Source of the DNA: Giardia intestinalis
Taxonomy: Eukaryota
DNA: 64,000 bases
Reading direction: 5' to 3' (one strand)
Assembly: GCA_000002435.2 (NCBI GenBank)
Contig: CM018793.1
Shown here: positions 16,891 to 27,718 of the stretch, piece by piece
Numbering within the stretch: the first letter of the stretch is position 1
How the letters are laid out: each line of letters starts with the position of its first letter
Position numbers and translations under genes: made by a program
The notes under the pieces: model-generated
Database searches by the model: none
What the model was told of the DNA's origin: nothing
Seen by the model: the letters and a program-made list of their open reading frames with translations, nothing else

Positions 16891-18927
16891 ATGCATGCGT
16901 TGGTGGTGCTCGTCGCTCTGGCCACCGCGCCGTCGCGTGGAGGGAAGATGAGCTGCCCCAAAAACCACTACCTGACCGGGAGCATGTGCGTTGAGTGCGC
17001 CACGGCGATAAAGTGGTGTCTGGAGTGCACCGGGGCAGGCGCGTGCACGAGGTGCGCTTCCGGGGCGTATCTCGAGGGAGGGTACTGCAAGCCGTGCGAC
17101 CCTACCTGTGAGCGCTGCACAGGCCCGGGGAAGTGCACGGCGTGCAGCGAGGCCCACTGCAGGGCACAGGACGGGACGTGCAAGAAGCCCAAGGACTTAT
17201 ATACAGGATGTAGCAAGTGCGTCCATGACACAGGAAAGTGCATGACCTGCGCAGAGGGGTACTTCCACTCGGGCGCGGGATCAACCCCCTGCACAAAGTG
17301 TGCCGATAACTGTCTATCCTGCAAGAGCCCCACTGAGTGCACGAGGGCTGCCTCAGGGTACTATGTTAACCCCTCGACGAAGAGTCCAGCTGCCTGTACC
17401 AGTGCTAACTGTGACACTTGCGCAGATGGCGGAGCATGCACTGTCTGCAAGCCAGGTTATAGGCTTTCTACGTCATCAACAACGACATCATCGGCAACAT
17501 GTGTAAGTTGTACTGGCAATTGCAGCACGTGCGATTCCAACAAATGCACCTTCTGCATGCCCGGCTATGCCCTCACTTCTGACAGTACCTGCCAGGCGTG
17601 TCAGCAAGGCTGCGCTATCTGCGCCGATGATGAGCACCAGTTTCCTGGCAAATGTCTCTCCACTGGCTGCGCACAAGGCTACTATTACCATTCGTACGCA
17701 AAGGTGTGTGCCAAGTGTCCAACCAATTGTGCCGACTGCTACTACGACGAGGTGCACAGCATTCCTGTTTGTACCCGGTGTACGGACTCGTCCCAACTCA
17801 CGGTAGGACCAAAGATATATGGCATTTGGTGCTCTGATCTACCGACCAAAAGTTGTAAGAGTAACGAGTTTTTAGAAAACGGCTTTTGCGTCCCCTGCTA
17901 CGGGGCCATTATGAACTGTATAGGATGCAGCGACCGCTTCCGCTGCACTGAATGCTTGCCTGGCTACTACTTGTACGACAACCTCTGTGTCCGGTGCGAC
18001 GACAACTGCCTTGCTTGTGAGAACACTGCGACAAACTGCACCAATTGCGATGATGGCTTTGTCCTGCAGAATGGCACATGCGTTAAAGTGGGCTTGGTGA
18101 TAGAGAACTGTCTCCACGCGGATAATACCACAGATCCAACCAAAGGCTGCAGCACGTGTCGGGGCGGCTTTTACGTAGCTGACGGTGCGTGCAAGAAGTG
18201 TGTGGATAACTGTCAGTTATGCAAGGGACCGGAGGTTTCGAACTGCATACTAGGATTCAATGGCTATCGGTATGATAGCTACAAGAATACGTTGGAAAAG
18301 TGTGAGGATCCCAACTGTGAGCTGTGCGCAGAAACAGCAAAGTATTGCGGCACTTGCAAACTAGGATTTTACATATCACCTGACGATCAGAAGTGTGCGA
18401 AAGGACAAGTAGAGAATTGCAAGGTCTATACATATGACGGCTCTGCATGCAGCGAGTGCCTAGCCGGCTATGGCATTTCAGTTGATGGAGATCGGTGCTC
18501 CCCGTGCTTGGAAGGCTGCAAGGGAGAGTGCACAGACACTACTTGTGAGTCTGGCGTGTGTGTGCAGGGATACTATTTCGCTGAAGGGGATACGTGTCTA
18601 ACGTGTCCGAGCGAATGTGCGTCCTGTATGGCAAACAGCAAGAAGCTGGTCTCTTGCGATCGGTGCACGTCTGGCCAGGTTTTCGCCATTAGCTCAGTCA
18701 TGGGTCTCTACTGCGGTAAGCTGGACTCTAACTTCTCCAGCAGGGGCGCAGGACTCATCTCTACGATTGTTATCTTGGGCCTCATCATCGTCGGTTTCAT
18801 CGTGGCTACTCCGTTCCTCGTCAAGCTTGCGAAGAAGCGGGGGGTCCGAGTTAGCAAATTACGCAGCATAAATTCCGGGTCAGAGAGCCACAACGAGTTC
18901 CTTCTAGAGGAGCCGGATCTTCTGTGA
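16891..18927 (+). CDS. high-cysteine membrane protein (HCMP): signal peptide, dozens of CxxC/CxC motifs, single C-terminal TM, short cytoplasmic tail that is not CRGKA
   Basis: ~12% Cys with a regular CxxC periodicity. TM segment ISTIVILGLIIVGFIVATPFLV, and the tail ends ...EEPDLL. Supplied start 16888 is TTG; ATG is at 16891 after an A/T-rich initiator region. Confidence 0.85.
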   Translation: MHALVVLVALATAPSRGGKMSCPKNHYLTGSMCVECATAIKWCLECTGAGACTRCASGAYLEGGYCKPCDPTCERCTGPGKCTACSEAHCRAQDGTCKKPKDLYTGCSKCVHDTGKCMTCAEGYFHSGAGSTPCTKCADNCLSCKSPTECTRAASGYYVNPSTKSPAACTSANCDTCADGGACTVCKPGYRLSTSSTTTSSATCVSCTGNCSTCDSNKCTFCMPGYALTSDSTCQACQQGCAICADDEHQFPGKCLSTGCAQGYYYHSYAKVCAKCPTNCADCYYDEVHSIPVCTRCTDSSQLTVGPKIYGIWCSDLPTKSCKSNEFLENGFCVPCYGAIMNCIGCSDRFRCTECLPGYYLYDNLCVRCDDNCLACENTATNCTNCDDGFVLQNGTCVKVGLVIENCLHADNTTDPTKGCSTCRGGFYVADGACKKCVDNCQLCKGPEVSNCILGFNGYRYDSYKNTLEKCEDPNCELCAETAKYCGTCKLGFYISPDDQKCAKGQVENCKVYTYDGSACSECLAGYGISVDGDRCSPCLEGCKGECTDTTCESGVCVQGYYFAEGDTCLTCPSECASCMANSKKLVSCDRCTSGQVFAISSVMGLYCGKLDSNFSSRGAGLISTIVILGLIIVGFIVATPFLVKLAKKRGVRVSKLRSINSGSESHNEFLLEEPDLL

Positions 18928-21900
18928 CGGCGCGGATCAATGTCTTCTCCTGTCTGCCTTGCTTGTATGCGTACCCAGTTTCTATCGTGCTGGGGCAATA
19001 CAGCCCTTCTCCTAGTAAACAAGGCAGAAGTATGTATGCTGGTGTCACCACGGTCGTTGACTACCTAGGGGCCGGCGACAGCTGCGAGAGCAATGGGCAC
19101 AGGAGTAGCGCATTCCGGGGCGTGATTTATCTGTCTTGCCATCTGCCGTGGTACTGTACATGACTCCGAGGATGATACAGTGTTGATCGCTGAGGTGGTT
19201 TCCAGCAAATACGTCCTTAGTTAACTTCCTCGTATCGGGCGGCGCTTCGCATGCCTGGTTCCGACGTCCGGCGCCACCCAGCTCCGGGAGCAGGAGAAGG
19301 CGGGGAAGGAGGTCGGTAGCCCGACCCTCTCACCTGCAGCAGCCTCCGGATCCGCATGCCGATAGAAACGACTCGAAGCGGGATCCGGCAGACACTTGGC
19401 GGGATGATGGTACTGCAGGCGAAGAGGGCCCTCGCGCTCGCCGCCCCAGTCGATCTCCCTACTAAAGAGCAAGCGTGTGGCGGACTTCTAAGACGGTTGC
19501 CGCTATCACTGAACCCTCTCCCCAGCTGGGCTAGTCGTCAAATGGGAAGTGGCTCATGAACGCATTATCTCGCCTTTTGAGGCCCGCCTTGCCTCTATTG
19601 TATTGTCCATGGCGCCAGGAGTTATGGAAGACACGCCTGCACCTCCTGACTGAAGAGCTTTGCCGCGGGCAAGGCACCGAACGCCGCGTCCTGGGAAGCC
19701 TCCCGCCTCAGGCTCATTCAACTGGAGTCTCATACGCCAAATAAGGCATTTCATTTCCCTTTCCACACCTCCATAGCTTACAGGCTGTGTTACATCATGC
19801 TGCACCAGATGACGCCTACGCCAACATCCCCAGGACGCTGAGAGAGATCAGAAGGCCTTCCAAGTCCTCTGGAGGCGTTTAGATGCAACTCCTAGCTCTT
19901 GCTCTTGGGAGACCTCGATAGGGATCAGCAATCGACACGTAGACTGCGAGCTATGTAATCAAGACCTGGAACAGATGGCCTTCGTTATCGACAAGACAAG
20001 AACAGGTGATGGAGCTCCGTTCTCCCCGGATCCTGTGCTCCAGAGGAGGCAGGGCTTCCAGTCACTGACTGCCCCGATAGGAGTCATGCGTCTGCTGATG
20101 CTTTGTGAGGACCGCATGGACTCCGACTCGTACCTATACACTGTGGATGCTGCTGGTCTCTCGAGGGAGATGCTCCGACACCATAGCAAGAACAGGAGCC
20201 TTAGGTGCACATGTGAGAGCTTGACACGGGACATAGAGCTAATTCAGGCCTCATTTAAGAACCTGGGGGCGTTTCACACGCTGGAGGATACCAGGATTGG
20301 GGGAGTCCCCATCATCTGTTGCCCCAAATGCTTCAGCACCAGAATGGCGAGTAGGAGACATCTGGCTAAAACGAAACACTCTGTGCTGATGTGGCACCAG
20401 ATGGTAGTCACTCGAGCATATGCTCGTTCTGCACTGAACCCACCGAGGTCAGAGAGCCGTCCAGGTGCACTGCAACACAAACATCGAGTGTAGAGCGTAA
20501 CTGCGTGAAGGGATGGGAATGAAGAGGAGAGGGACATCCTTTTCAGCACCCACCCCATAGCCATGCTCAGGGATGATAAAGACCCTTCTTATAGAACCCC
20601 AGTCAAAAGAGGCGAGAGCACCTCGTGAAGCAAATGAGGTGTGCTTTGTCAGACTGGTGGGTCGTTGATATATGAGCAACAGCCACCAGAAGGCCTCTAA
20701 CAGGGATCAGATTGTCAAGTGCGTCGAAGACGCCTTGATGAAGAACAACTGCCCTCGGGTCACGGGCTTCTCTCCTACAAGAACATTCACAACCTGGACT
20801 CTCTAGAGGGGATAAAGGTAACACGTGAGCTGCACTCTAATACCCCAAAGTGTTACCGTGGCTGGACGACAGGAGATTGTGCTGGTCACGTGGTGAGAAT
20901 CTTCATGCGAACTTCCAGCCAGATCAGACAATAGTGAGAAATAGCTAGTTTTCTCGTAGCGTGCCTCCTCTCTGAACAGGACTGGAGGTGCCTGGGATGC
21001 TCTTCTAGAGTCTCGGTATCGAAGGGTCCATGCCAAGTAGCAGACCCTGTACTGCATGGCATGAGAGCTTTTAGGACGTGTAAATACCCGTGTGGCCGTA
21101 GCGACGCGTTTCCATCCGCAGGTACCAGGGCACGTCGGTGGACAGCGTACACAGTGACTCAGGCACTCTACGTGTGGTCATGTCCTACAGTTCCTGTAGT
21201 GGGCTATGGACAGCCTGATAACCAGTGTTCTATAGCAGCGCGACGTGGGATGGTGCGCCCAGCAGCACACCACATCTATGGTCTCAACGAGGCTTTACAG
21301 GGTGCAGTAGGGCATCCGAGCCAACTGAGCATTGGACTGGGCCCTGGGTGGGAGGTAAGGGCTCCTGTGCACGACTGGGTTGCTCCCAGATAGAATAGGG
21401 TATACAGTGAGCTAGATGAATGCGATGCTGTAAGGTATCCACAGCCGCATAGATTCATCCGGTGGTGCCGCACTGGATGTTGGGAGGCACACTGCCGACA
21501 GGTCAGGGAAGCTTAAAGAGTGATAGTGCCATTTTGCTATTATTATGTAGTACTTCGGGGCATGTAGCTAGGGAGGTATCCCCTGATGGTTGGGAAAAGG
21601 GCAGAGCTAAGTGAATAATGACCATGCCCATCATGAACAGCTCTAGATGCTACCCGATCACTTTCTAGAAGTGCATATGTCTCGGATAGGTGGGAGCTAC
21701 ATTCAGGGCCATGTGCGGATAGAAGGCAGCCCAGCGACTGACGCTTTGTACAACCTCCTCATCCGCTGCCTGAGCAGCCAGAAGCCAGCTTCGATATGCA
21801 GACGGAAGCTGCGAAGAGTAAACTCATCGTGGGGTCGATTGTCTGACACTAAAAAATCCGGAACGATGACGGCAGCCATTGTCTCCCTAAGATGATGTAT

Positions 21901-24900
21901 TATGCGCGGTATCAGCTTTGGCCCTCTAGATGGGTAGTTTGGGGCATTCTGCACTAGCCTTGACTTCTGAGACGCTAAGACCTGTGAATAGCACAGAACG
22001 AGGCATGGTATGTATAGACGGTGCGTTGTCTTCATGAATGTGCACTACAGCCTCCAAATGCACGCAGCTAGACCAGAATGGACGGATCAGCTAGCTTACA
22101 CAGGCGACCTGCCCACCACCATGTTTGCTGCGATGAGGGGCTGCATCTACCCAACAGACTGAGCAGAGATTACAGCAGCTTCTCTACTGATGCATGCATG
22201 GCCATGCGCCGCCCTAGTAGGTGGTGTAGATACTATAGTATCTACCCTGCCTGTTGTTAATAAAGAATATCAGTTAGTCGCACTGGACACTCTTCTAGGA
22301 AGGCATACAGTCTCTATGGTTGCAATTTCACCAGTTGTAATGACAACTGAACACTAGGAAAGGTGCCATAGAACGATCTGCTGCCTTTCAAGGTGAGACA
22401 TAAATCCACACATAAGCCAAAAGCAGAACTCTATACATCGATTGTTATGATCTTAGTGCGATGACCGGTTTGAGCTATGATACACTCCTCACTTATCTAT
22501 GTACTCGTTTGGATCCTCGCTGCTAGTGTTGGACAGGACTGCGAGGGGGCCTGTCTCTGGTTGCGTTGACCTTATGGTATCTAGTCCTTGGTGACACACC
22601 TCAGCGGATGAGGATGTTATTCGGGTACTCAAAAGACTATCCGTGCATAACGGTTTCTGGAGAGCCGGTCCGCATGGAGAATATAGGGTGACCAGCGAAT
22701 CAGTGAAGTAAGACTGGCGTCAGAGAGGCCAGCTACTAGCCCGGATTGCAGCAGAGACGCCTGTAGCGCCTCTCTGGTCTCCGAGTGGTAAAGATCGCGG
22801 GGTCTACAGATAAGTTGAAAGCTGCTTTTTGATTTTATATATTCCTAACAGCGTAATATTTATCAGCGGCCTGCCTCGTCTGAAGTTGAAGAAGTTTACC
22901 TTCTCTCCGCATATTGGCGAGGATCTATTGTAGAGGCATGCTGTGCAGGCTGGTACCAGTCGGCGTGGTTGCTGTCCACAGATTTCTCACCTGCGTCTTC
23001 TCATGGCAGATGATCGCTAGCAGCGCTCTCAGCTCACGTGGCTAAGTCTACGGTGCATCTCCACTTCGGCCAAGGATTGTATACGTATTATATAGTCTGG
23101 ATTGCTCATCAGCCAGGATAGTGTGGTCCACTCCTGTTCTCTGCTTGCCTATCTCGTGCAACCATTTATTAATGACCTTTCCAGATCAATGGGTACTTCC
23201 ATCAGTTCTGTAAAGGCATACGTCACGCAGACGGCCACTACAAGCCAGACTCCTGTCTACCAAGGAAAAGGGTCAATAGATTTATCATCTGGGCATCCGT
23301 TATGTCCCTTATACAGATCTGGCAGGTCTTGGGCTCCTCAGCGTTTCTTCGTAAGTCTCTGGCTGAAGCCCGTATGCATATCGTTACTGACAAGCGCCTT
23401 AGCTTCATCTGACCACTTAGGGCATTAGATCCTTTGCCCTGCACAGTGGGTATGCTCAGCGTGGGAGGTACACAACCAGCATCAGCTTTCTCGGCTCATT
23501 GTCTGAGTAATACTGTCATTGCTTCTCAATTTAACTAGCAACTCAACTAATGGTCTCAAAAGCAGATAACAACTCACCAGCAGGTAGTCAGCAGTGACCG
23601 TGACGCGTACTTTCGCTAAGGCGCAGACTTCTAAGCAGGAGCATGAGGTAGGCCTCTGCCATTCTGTGGTCCTGTTAATTCCTCGGATAGTAAAGATTGG
23701 AACAGCTCAGGCTAGCATTGGATGCATCCGGGTCTCTATCTATCTCCGTCGTCTGGAGTGTGTTTGACTTCATAAACTGAAAGGAGCTGTACCGTGCTCG
23801 TGCCTGCAAGCCTCAGCTAGGCAGAGCTATATCTCAGTTGTTGCGTGGGGGTAGCCACACGCCCCGCAGAGCCTGCAAGGAACATTGTGGCCCAATAGAG
23901 CCTTTTACCTATCGAATGCAAGCTGTGACCTCATAGGCGCAGGCTTTCTTATAGTAACCAGTCAGCTACAGAGTTCGTCCACTCGTATAAACCCAACGGA
24001 TGGAGGGCGATATCAGTCTCGTCGATCGTCTACAACGCACAGCAGTCGAGTCCTACAGGTGGACAGAGGTCATCCAGCCCGCATCAATAAACATCGATAG
24101 GAAGCCTTCACAACAATGAATGAGTGAGTACAGTAGCCATTTTTCTATTGAAGATTCTCCAACCACTGAGGTCCAGGACAGCCTCCTACAGGATTCTTGG
24201 CAGGATCGTATCCGATGCATGTTTGTGGCACTCCCGCTCAAGGTGTGTGTTGCTAGACTTTCACTTCCTACACTGGCCTGTGAACATTGAGCTCTGGGCT
24301 CTAGCGGGGCCATGCTGGAGATCACAAGGATATGGTGTCTTCGGAGACTATTCGGCTTCCGTAGCCACACAATAAGGATCTACTTCTCGCAGTAGCATCA
24401 CAGAGAGGTGTATAGAACCATACCACGCCCTCTACCAGGTGACATGATGCATGAATCAAGAGGTAGGACGCTTGCACCGATCGGCATATCTACCATGATC
24501 AGACACAGATTGGCCCGAAAGTAGCAGCTAAATGTTGTTCGACTCCCTTATCAGTGGATGGGCACCCAACTACCCTGGTACCCACACGAGGCCACGCTGA
24601 GTATGGGCCTGGTCACTGGCTATCAAACCAGCACAGTCCCTCTGGATCTCGTCTCTCATGAAGACAGCCTAACACAGAGAGCTCTGTGTCACTCACATCA
24701 ACAGACCAAGGTACCGCAGGCCTGGGTGCTTCTGGTACGATAGAGCGGTAGCATCAGAGTAATTCAAGGGGTGATGGGAGTCCTCTCCATCAGCTCAGGA
24801 GACAGCACGGTCTGGGCAGTGCTTCCCCTTGACTAGACACGGGAGGGCTGACCCGTCTCTGAGTTCTACTTGCCACTCTGTCATGCAATGAAGAACCCTA

Positions 24901-25350
24901 ATGGTACTTAGTACAGGGGGCCAGTAGTAACGCCATGCATCCACCAGATCAGAGTGCCCCATGAGCCTGTCTCTGTTGATCCACACCTTCTACGAACTTT
25001 AGTGACTGATGCAATCTTCTCTCGAGATCCTCCGAGGATTTGTCTCTGAGTGTAACTCCCCCACGACAGCTAAGGGTCACGGGCATAACCGAAGGACGAG
25101 AGCGATCCAGGGGGAGAGCACCGGCGCATGGGGTCCGCAGGGGCCGGTTCCCAGGGATGCAAGGACGGCAGATCGCTTGCTGTCTAAGCAGTAATTAGAT
25201 CCATGTTTTGTCATGACGGCAAGGTTGGCACCGGATCAAGTTCTTTGGATCTTTAACACAATATCTGACAAATGCATTGTTCTATTGGCTGAACATAGGA
25301 TTGCTGACAAAATTTTGTTTCCGCATTGGCATAACCCGAACAGAACTTCA

Positions 25351-27234
25351 ATGTTGTTGGTAGTATTCTATCTTGTGTTGAGTGCTCTCGCGGCAGCATG
25401 CAAGCAAGCACAAAATTGTGTAGAGGATAAGTGCGAAATGATCGGAGACACCGAAATTTGCACTCAGTGCACAGCAGGAAAAGTCCCAATTGATGGAGTA
25501 TGTACAGCAGTTGGTAGTGCCGCTGGTAAATGTACAAAGGCTGAAGGACAAGCAGTAGATGACACTGATAAAACATGTGGAAAATGCGTAGACGCATACT
25601 TCATGTACAAAGGCGGATGTTATCTGGCCGGTGCAGCTGGACCGGGTACTGGTACTAAAATGTGCAAGCAGGCTGCTGGTGGCAAGTGTACGCAAGCTGC
25701 TGATGCGAAGAACTACTTCATTCCACCAGCAAATACAGACGATACTCATGATTCTGTCGTTTGGTGCGGTGATGAAATAGGCGTAACACTTAGTAGTACT
25801 CAGTATAAGGGTGTTGCTAAGTGCCTAGTATGTGATGCTCCCGGTGGCGCTGGTGCTGCAACGTGCACAACCTGTGAAGACGGGTACTTTGGTGCTACTT
25901 GTGAAAAATGCCATGAAAGTTGTAGGACATGTGAAGCTGCAGAAGAGAATAAGTGCAAGTCGTGTACAGATGGCTACTTCCTTGGAGCAACCAATGGAGC
26001 CGCAGGTAAGTGCCTTAAATGTAACTCTAAAACAGAGGAAGGCTGGCACGGAGTTGACAACTGTGCTAAGTGCACGTCATCTAATACGCAAAACACTCCT
26101 GCGACATGCACTGAATGCGTTGCAAATTTCTATCTAAAACCAGCTGCGGATGCGACTCCTTCTAGTTGCGTCACAGAAACGGGGTGCGGTGACGGATACT
26201 TCCCAACTATTGTTGATGAGGTCAAGAAATGTATCGCTTGCAGTGCAGCTACAAATGGTGGCATAGATGACTGCAAAAAGTGTTCTCTCAAAACAACGTC
26301 TGCGAAGGCAGGAGTAGAGATCGTATGCACTGAATGTAATACTAAATGGCTCAGTCCTCTAAGAGACGCATGTTTGGATAGCTGTCCTCCTGGAACACAT
26401 GCTGATTCTGGCAATATTTGTCCTTTATGTCATAGTACATGTGCAGAATGTGATGGTAATGCAGGAGCCAACTTTTGTACAGTTTGTTATCCAGGGTTTG
26501 TATTAAAGCGCGGTGAAACTGGCAACATGGGCATGTGCGTTCCCGAGTGCACTGGAGAGTACGCAGAGAACTGCGAAGCTGACCAATGCACGGCCGTTAT
26601 AGGTAGCTCCAAGTATTGCAGCAGGTGTAAGGTTGGATTTGCCCCAGTGGATGGCGTCTGTGTATCGACGGCTTCAAGAGCAGTAACTGGATGCACAGCA
26701 GGAAACGATGGGACATGTACGGCCTGCACAGGTACATATTTCTTACAATCTGGTGGGTGCTATCAGTCAACAACGTATCCTGGTAATACCCTCTGCTCTA
26801 TCGCTGCTAGTGGAAAGTGCACAACATGCGCCAATGGGCAAACAGCAGATAGCAATTTGGGTTCTTGCCCAGCATGTCCAGCTGGCTGCTCAAAGTGCGC
26901 AACTAGTGGTAGTCCCAAAGCATGCTCAGAGTGTTTCCCTGGATACTATAAATCTGGGGATAGCTGCGCAAGATGCGATACTAATAACAGCCAAATTACC
27001 GGTGTCGCTAATTGCGTAAGCTGTGCTCCTCCATCTAATGGTCAAGGATCTGTCATCTGCTACATAACGCGACAAGAGACCGACGATGGCACTGGCGACA
27101 ACACAGGTGGAAGCACGAACAAGAGCGGCCTCTCCACGGGTGCCATCGCGGGGATCTCCGTGGCTGTGATTGTTGTTGTAGGTGGCCTCGTCGGCTTCCT
27201 CTGCTGGTGGTTTATCTGCCGTGGAAAGGCGTAG
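25351..27234 (+). CDS. variant-specific surface protein (VSP), copy 1
   Basis: N-terminal MLLVVFYLVLSALAAA signal, numerous CxxC motifs, GGCY motifs, C-terminal TM and invariant CRGKA-stop. The in-frame upstream ATG at 25213 is probably not used. Confidence 0.9.
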   Translation: MLLVVFYLVLSALAAACKQAQNCVEDKCEMIGDTEICTQCTAGKVPIDGVCTAVGSAAGKCTKAEGQAVDDTDKTCGKCVDAYFMYKGGCYLAGAAGPGTGTKMCKQAAGGKCTQAADAKNYFIPPANTDDTHDSVVWCGDEIGVTLSSTQYKGVAKCLVCDAPGGAGAATCTTCEDGYFGATCEKCHESCRTCEAAEENKCKSCTDGYFLGATNGAAGKCLKCNSKTEEGWHGVDNCAKCTSSNTQNTPATCTECVANFYLKPAADATPSSCVTETGCGDGYFPTIVDEVKKCIACSAATNGGIDDCKKCSLKTTSAKAGVEIVCTECNTKWLSPLRDACLDSCPPGTHADSGNICPLCHSTCAECDGNAGANFCTVCYPGFVLKRGETGNMGMCVPECTGEYAENCEADQCTAVIGSSKYCSRCKVGFAPVDGVCVSTASRAVTGCTAGNDGTCTACTGTYFLQSGGCYQSTTYPGNTLCSIAASGKCTTCANGQTADSNLGSCPACPAGCSKCATSGSPKACSECFPGYYKSGDSCARCDTNNSQITGVANCVSCAPPSNGQGSVICYITRQETDDGTGDNTGGSTNKSGLSTGAIAGISVAVIVVVGGLVGFLCWWFICRGKA

Positions 27235-27242
27235 ACTTAGGT

Positions 27243-27249
27243 AGTAAAC
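27243..27249 (+). terminator. Giardia-type polyadenylation signal AGTAAAC (AGTRAAY) 9 nt after the VSP stop codon
   Basis: tag(27232-27234) ...gt AGTAAAC a. The AGTRAAY consensus is established for Giardia 3' end formation. Confidence 0.6.
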
Positions 27250-27694
27250 ACGTCACTGTATATGGCTTATTACGCTATTCTGCCGGGGCTATCTGAGGAT
27301 CGCCCAGAGATCGTGTGAGTGAGTCCGCTCCTTTCTGACTAGTCCGGAGACGAGGGTTGGTCATGAATAACATGACGGAGAGTCCTCTCCAGTGATATAT
27401 CCAGAGCCTGGTGCGCTCCTCTGCCATTTCGCGGGGGTGTACTCAATCCGAGTGTGTGCGTCACTCACCCTGGGATTCAGCTTACCTATCCATTTGCATC
27501 GTCCACCAGTGGCGCCTCTCGTTGGTCTTCCTTCGTGGTGGGTGAAGCTCCGGTCGCCGTCCTTTTTTAGATGCCCCGTCTGTCAGGGGCTGCCACCGGG
27601 CTCTCCGCTGGCTGGGCCCTCGGTGTCCGGGCAGCTGTGGCTCGAGTCAGCGCTCCCACAGTCCAGTCACCTGTGTCTCAGTGGGCCGGCTGGT

Positions 27695-27715
27695 GGGTGG
27701 GGCGGGGGTATGGGG
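27695..27715 (+). other. canonical G-quadruplex motif G3-T-G4-C-G5-TAT-G4 at the inner end of the left arm
   Basis: Sequence gggtggggcgggggtatgggg read directly. Lies ~5 bp from the arm/spacer junction. Confidence 0.6.
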
Positions 27716-27718
27716 CGG

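Larger units (their letters stand above)
19323..27718. repeat. left arm of perfect ~8.4-kb inverted duplication (mirror point 28569; left + right coordinate = 57138)
   Basis: Every ORF in this interval has an identical-translation mirror ORF on the opposite strand in the right arm. Breakpoints mapped by reverse-complement comparison: outer ~19321-19323, inner ~27718-27720. Confidence 0.9.

Noticed and set aside
19975-20493. C2H2-like CPKCF...H...H segment and a YTVDAAG string as remnants of a retrotransposon ORF (zinc knuckle / YxDD)
   Set aside because: Spacing is not canonical (C-x2-C-x9-H-x5-H; YTVDA is not YxDD) and no flanking RT motifs were found. Too weak to call a mobile element.
19221-25194. 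Dozens of 60-172-aa ORFs inside the arms, each mirrored in the other arm
   Set aside because: Short, on both strands, overlapping one another, and without domains. Their perfect mirroring reflects the inverted duplication, not conservation by selection.
25213-25350. 46-aa N-terminal extension of the VSP ORF from the upstream ATG
   Set aside because: VSPs characteristically begin with an MLL..FYL signal peptide. The extension is hydrophilic and would bury the signal peptide, so ATG 25351 is preferred.
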